64,000 bases of DNA from Aplysia californica (Eukaryota), in the NCBI RefSeq assembly GCF_000002075.1, contig NW_004797818.1, positions 268,198 to 332,197 on the forward strand, in the 5' to 3' direction. Of this stretch, positions 62,056 to 64,000 are shown one piece after another. Each line of letters begins with the position of its first letter. Position 1 is the stretch's first letter. A program made the position numbers and the translations under genes. The notes beneath the pieces are model-generated. The model did not search any database. It saw only the letters and a program-made list of their open reading frames with translations, and was not told where the DNA came from.

Positions 62056-63132
62056 GGCCACCTCTATTCTCACCCGGGGTGAGAATAGATCTCTAGACTC
62101 TAGATCTTGCGAGAACTTCCGGGCGGGTGAGAATAGCCACTTTTCGCCTAAAAAATTAAAACGGCCACCTGAACTATTCTCACTGAGAATAGCATTCTCA
62201 CACTAGACTAGGGTGAGAATAGCATAGAGACATAGTCGGCATATCTAGAGCGCAGTTTCAGTTCTTGTAGGCGGGGTGAGAGGGCAATAGCGCTTCACGG
62301 GTTTTAGCCCCAAGAGTAGGGGGGTTTCAGGGGGGCTTGCCCCCCTGACCTAACAAAAATAGGTCTAGGAAGGGGGGTTTCAGCCTCAGGGGGGCATGCC
62401 CCCCTGAATTTTACCACAATTTAATGTTTTGCTGTTGTTAGGTTTGATATCTTAGCTCACCCAGAATCAAACGTATAGATCTAGAATCTAGATGTAGGTC
62501 AGGCTCAAATAAGGGGGGTGGGAACTACCGAAAAAGCACCCAAGCCTTTTGGCTATTCTCACCTGATGTGAGTTCACCGCTTAGTGCATCGGCTCTGGCT
62601 AATCTGAATCACTCCGGACGAGAGGGCGAGCCTATTTGGGCTAGACTGTTCTCACCAGGTGTGTGTTCACTGTGATACCAGTCAGTGTAAACAAATGTTC
62701 CAGCGCTCTTGTGTTGAAAGCGTGCAATATTGTCTGCAGGCAGTCTGAGGGGGCGGGTGGGGGGGGGGGGAGAAAAAGAAGGGAAGGAGTATCGAGAACT
62801 TCCGAGCAAAACTAAATGCCGACCAGTGTAGTTCGGCTCGATTTGAAAATTGAAATAGCCATAGCATCTTTGTTTGTGTAAGACATTCAAATTAGTCTTG
62901 ATCTATGATCTAGATCTAGATTTGACTTTTGTGCTATTGGCTAGATCTAACATTATTTTTTTCTTTGTTTTTGTCCAAGTTGATCATCCACACCGATAGG
63001 ATAGACAATATTTAGAAATTAGGAAAAACATGTCTTGTTTCACACCGGTGAGAATAGCCAACGCTGGCAAGTCTCACCCGGGTTGAGAGGTCGATTCGTA
63101 TAAATTTATTCGAGGTGAGAATAGCCACTTCC
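62056..63132. mobile_element. foldback element with repeated CTATTCTCACC/GGTGAGAATAG motifs, related MULE-like termini
   Basis: Right end reverse complement is GGAAGTGGCTATTCTCACC, and there are many inverted copies of the motif. Left boundary and TSD not resolved. Confidence 0.6.
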
Positions 63133-63237
63133 TAAATCCCAAATTCCTGACTTGATTTTGATGAATTTGAATCTCATCTTCACGCACTTCACCACTACCT
63201 CACATGTTGCCAATCCTAGGAAGTGTGTTTGTTGGTG

Positions 63238-63310
63238 ATATAATAATAATAATAAATAGAATTTGTATAGCGCTTATCCCCGCTCAACAGCAGGCTCTAT
63301 GCGCTTTACA
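63238..63310 (-). mobile_element. family A SINE / L2-type 3' tail
   Basis: Reverse complement reads GTAAAGCGCATAGAGCCTGCTGTTGAGCGGGATAAGCGCTATACAAAT..(TTA)n. Confidence 0.75.
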
Positions 63311-64000
63311 TTATGGTATCCCTCTTGGACTGATTTAACTTTGGTGGACCCACTGTGTTTACATGCGCACTGATAACAGCTTGATCACAACAGTGACAGT
63401 ATGGCAACAGTACAATAATTTTTAAAAACACTTAAGTTTTTATGCAAAACAATAATATATATGAGAACAGAGAAAAGAAAAGAAAAGTGGACGAGGAACA
63501 TTAATAGTTGGTATGGCATCGCACAACGAGGCACAAAAGTAGTTCTCTGGCTTCGTTTGGTGGTGGGTCCACCAAAGTTCAATCTTACCAAGTGTAGACT
63601 ACTGTCAGATTTTAGTCTTGAGCCTTGATAACTTGATAGATTTCTGGTTGCATTGCCTTGTACAAATCTTGATTTTGTATTTTTTTAAATGTGTTAGAAC
63701 AATTAGGAATTGAACCTCTCTGCTATACACTATACATCACAAATAGGCCCTATCAAGCTATGGGATGGCAGTACAAATAACTGCTGTCAGTATCATCGCT
63801 GATCCGCTCATCTCTGAAACTGAGCTTGAAGTCTAACTGGCAACTTGGTGCACCACTCCAAATTTTTCAGAGGGTCTGTTGTGTATTTTTCAACGTATAA
63901 CAAGCCAGGCTCAGTCCAGAAAATTGTCTAGGCATTGATTTACTTACAAAACTAAAATTTGAACTTAACCAGAAGGGCTGGTAAATAAATGCTGTAAGCT

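Overview
Eukaryotic (metazoan) genomic DNA, AT-rich, with three assembly gaps. The repeat landscape (Deu/Nin-type SINE, CTAGATCTAG tracts, long (CA)n) suggests a mollusc, possibly a heterobranch gastropod; this assignment is inference only. I reconstructed five spliced housekeeping genes by hand, and they alternate strands: PTS (-, exons 1-4, 3' end beyond the window), SEPSECS (+, 9 coding exons, 478 aa), MRPS26 (-, 4 exons, 219 aa), MTHFS (+, 3 exons, 203 aa, GC-AG first intron) and TAPT1 (-, 12 coding exons, 787 aa). TAPT1 has a U12-type intron, a long Ser/Pro tail and a 209-bp tandem duplication over its stop codon. A probable further divergent promoter lies near 61.3-61.9 kb. Introns and intergenic DNA contain CORE-like, Deu/Nin and Meta-like tRNA SINEs, L2 and RTE fragments, and piggyBac, Tc1/pogo, Kolobok, Harbinger and Mutator-like MITEs. 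Two patterns look least explained. First, a modular set of short retroposons shares one LINE-type 3' tail under three unrelated heads, two of which have no Pol III boxes yet start at a fixed 5' end. Second, foldback elements with 9-bp TSDs and GGAAGTG termini, together with CTAGATCTAG tracts, concentrate around promoters. There is no CRISPR or other prokaryotic system here.
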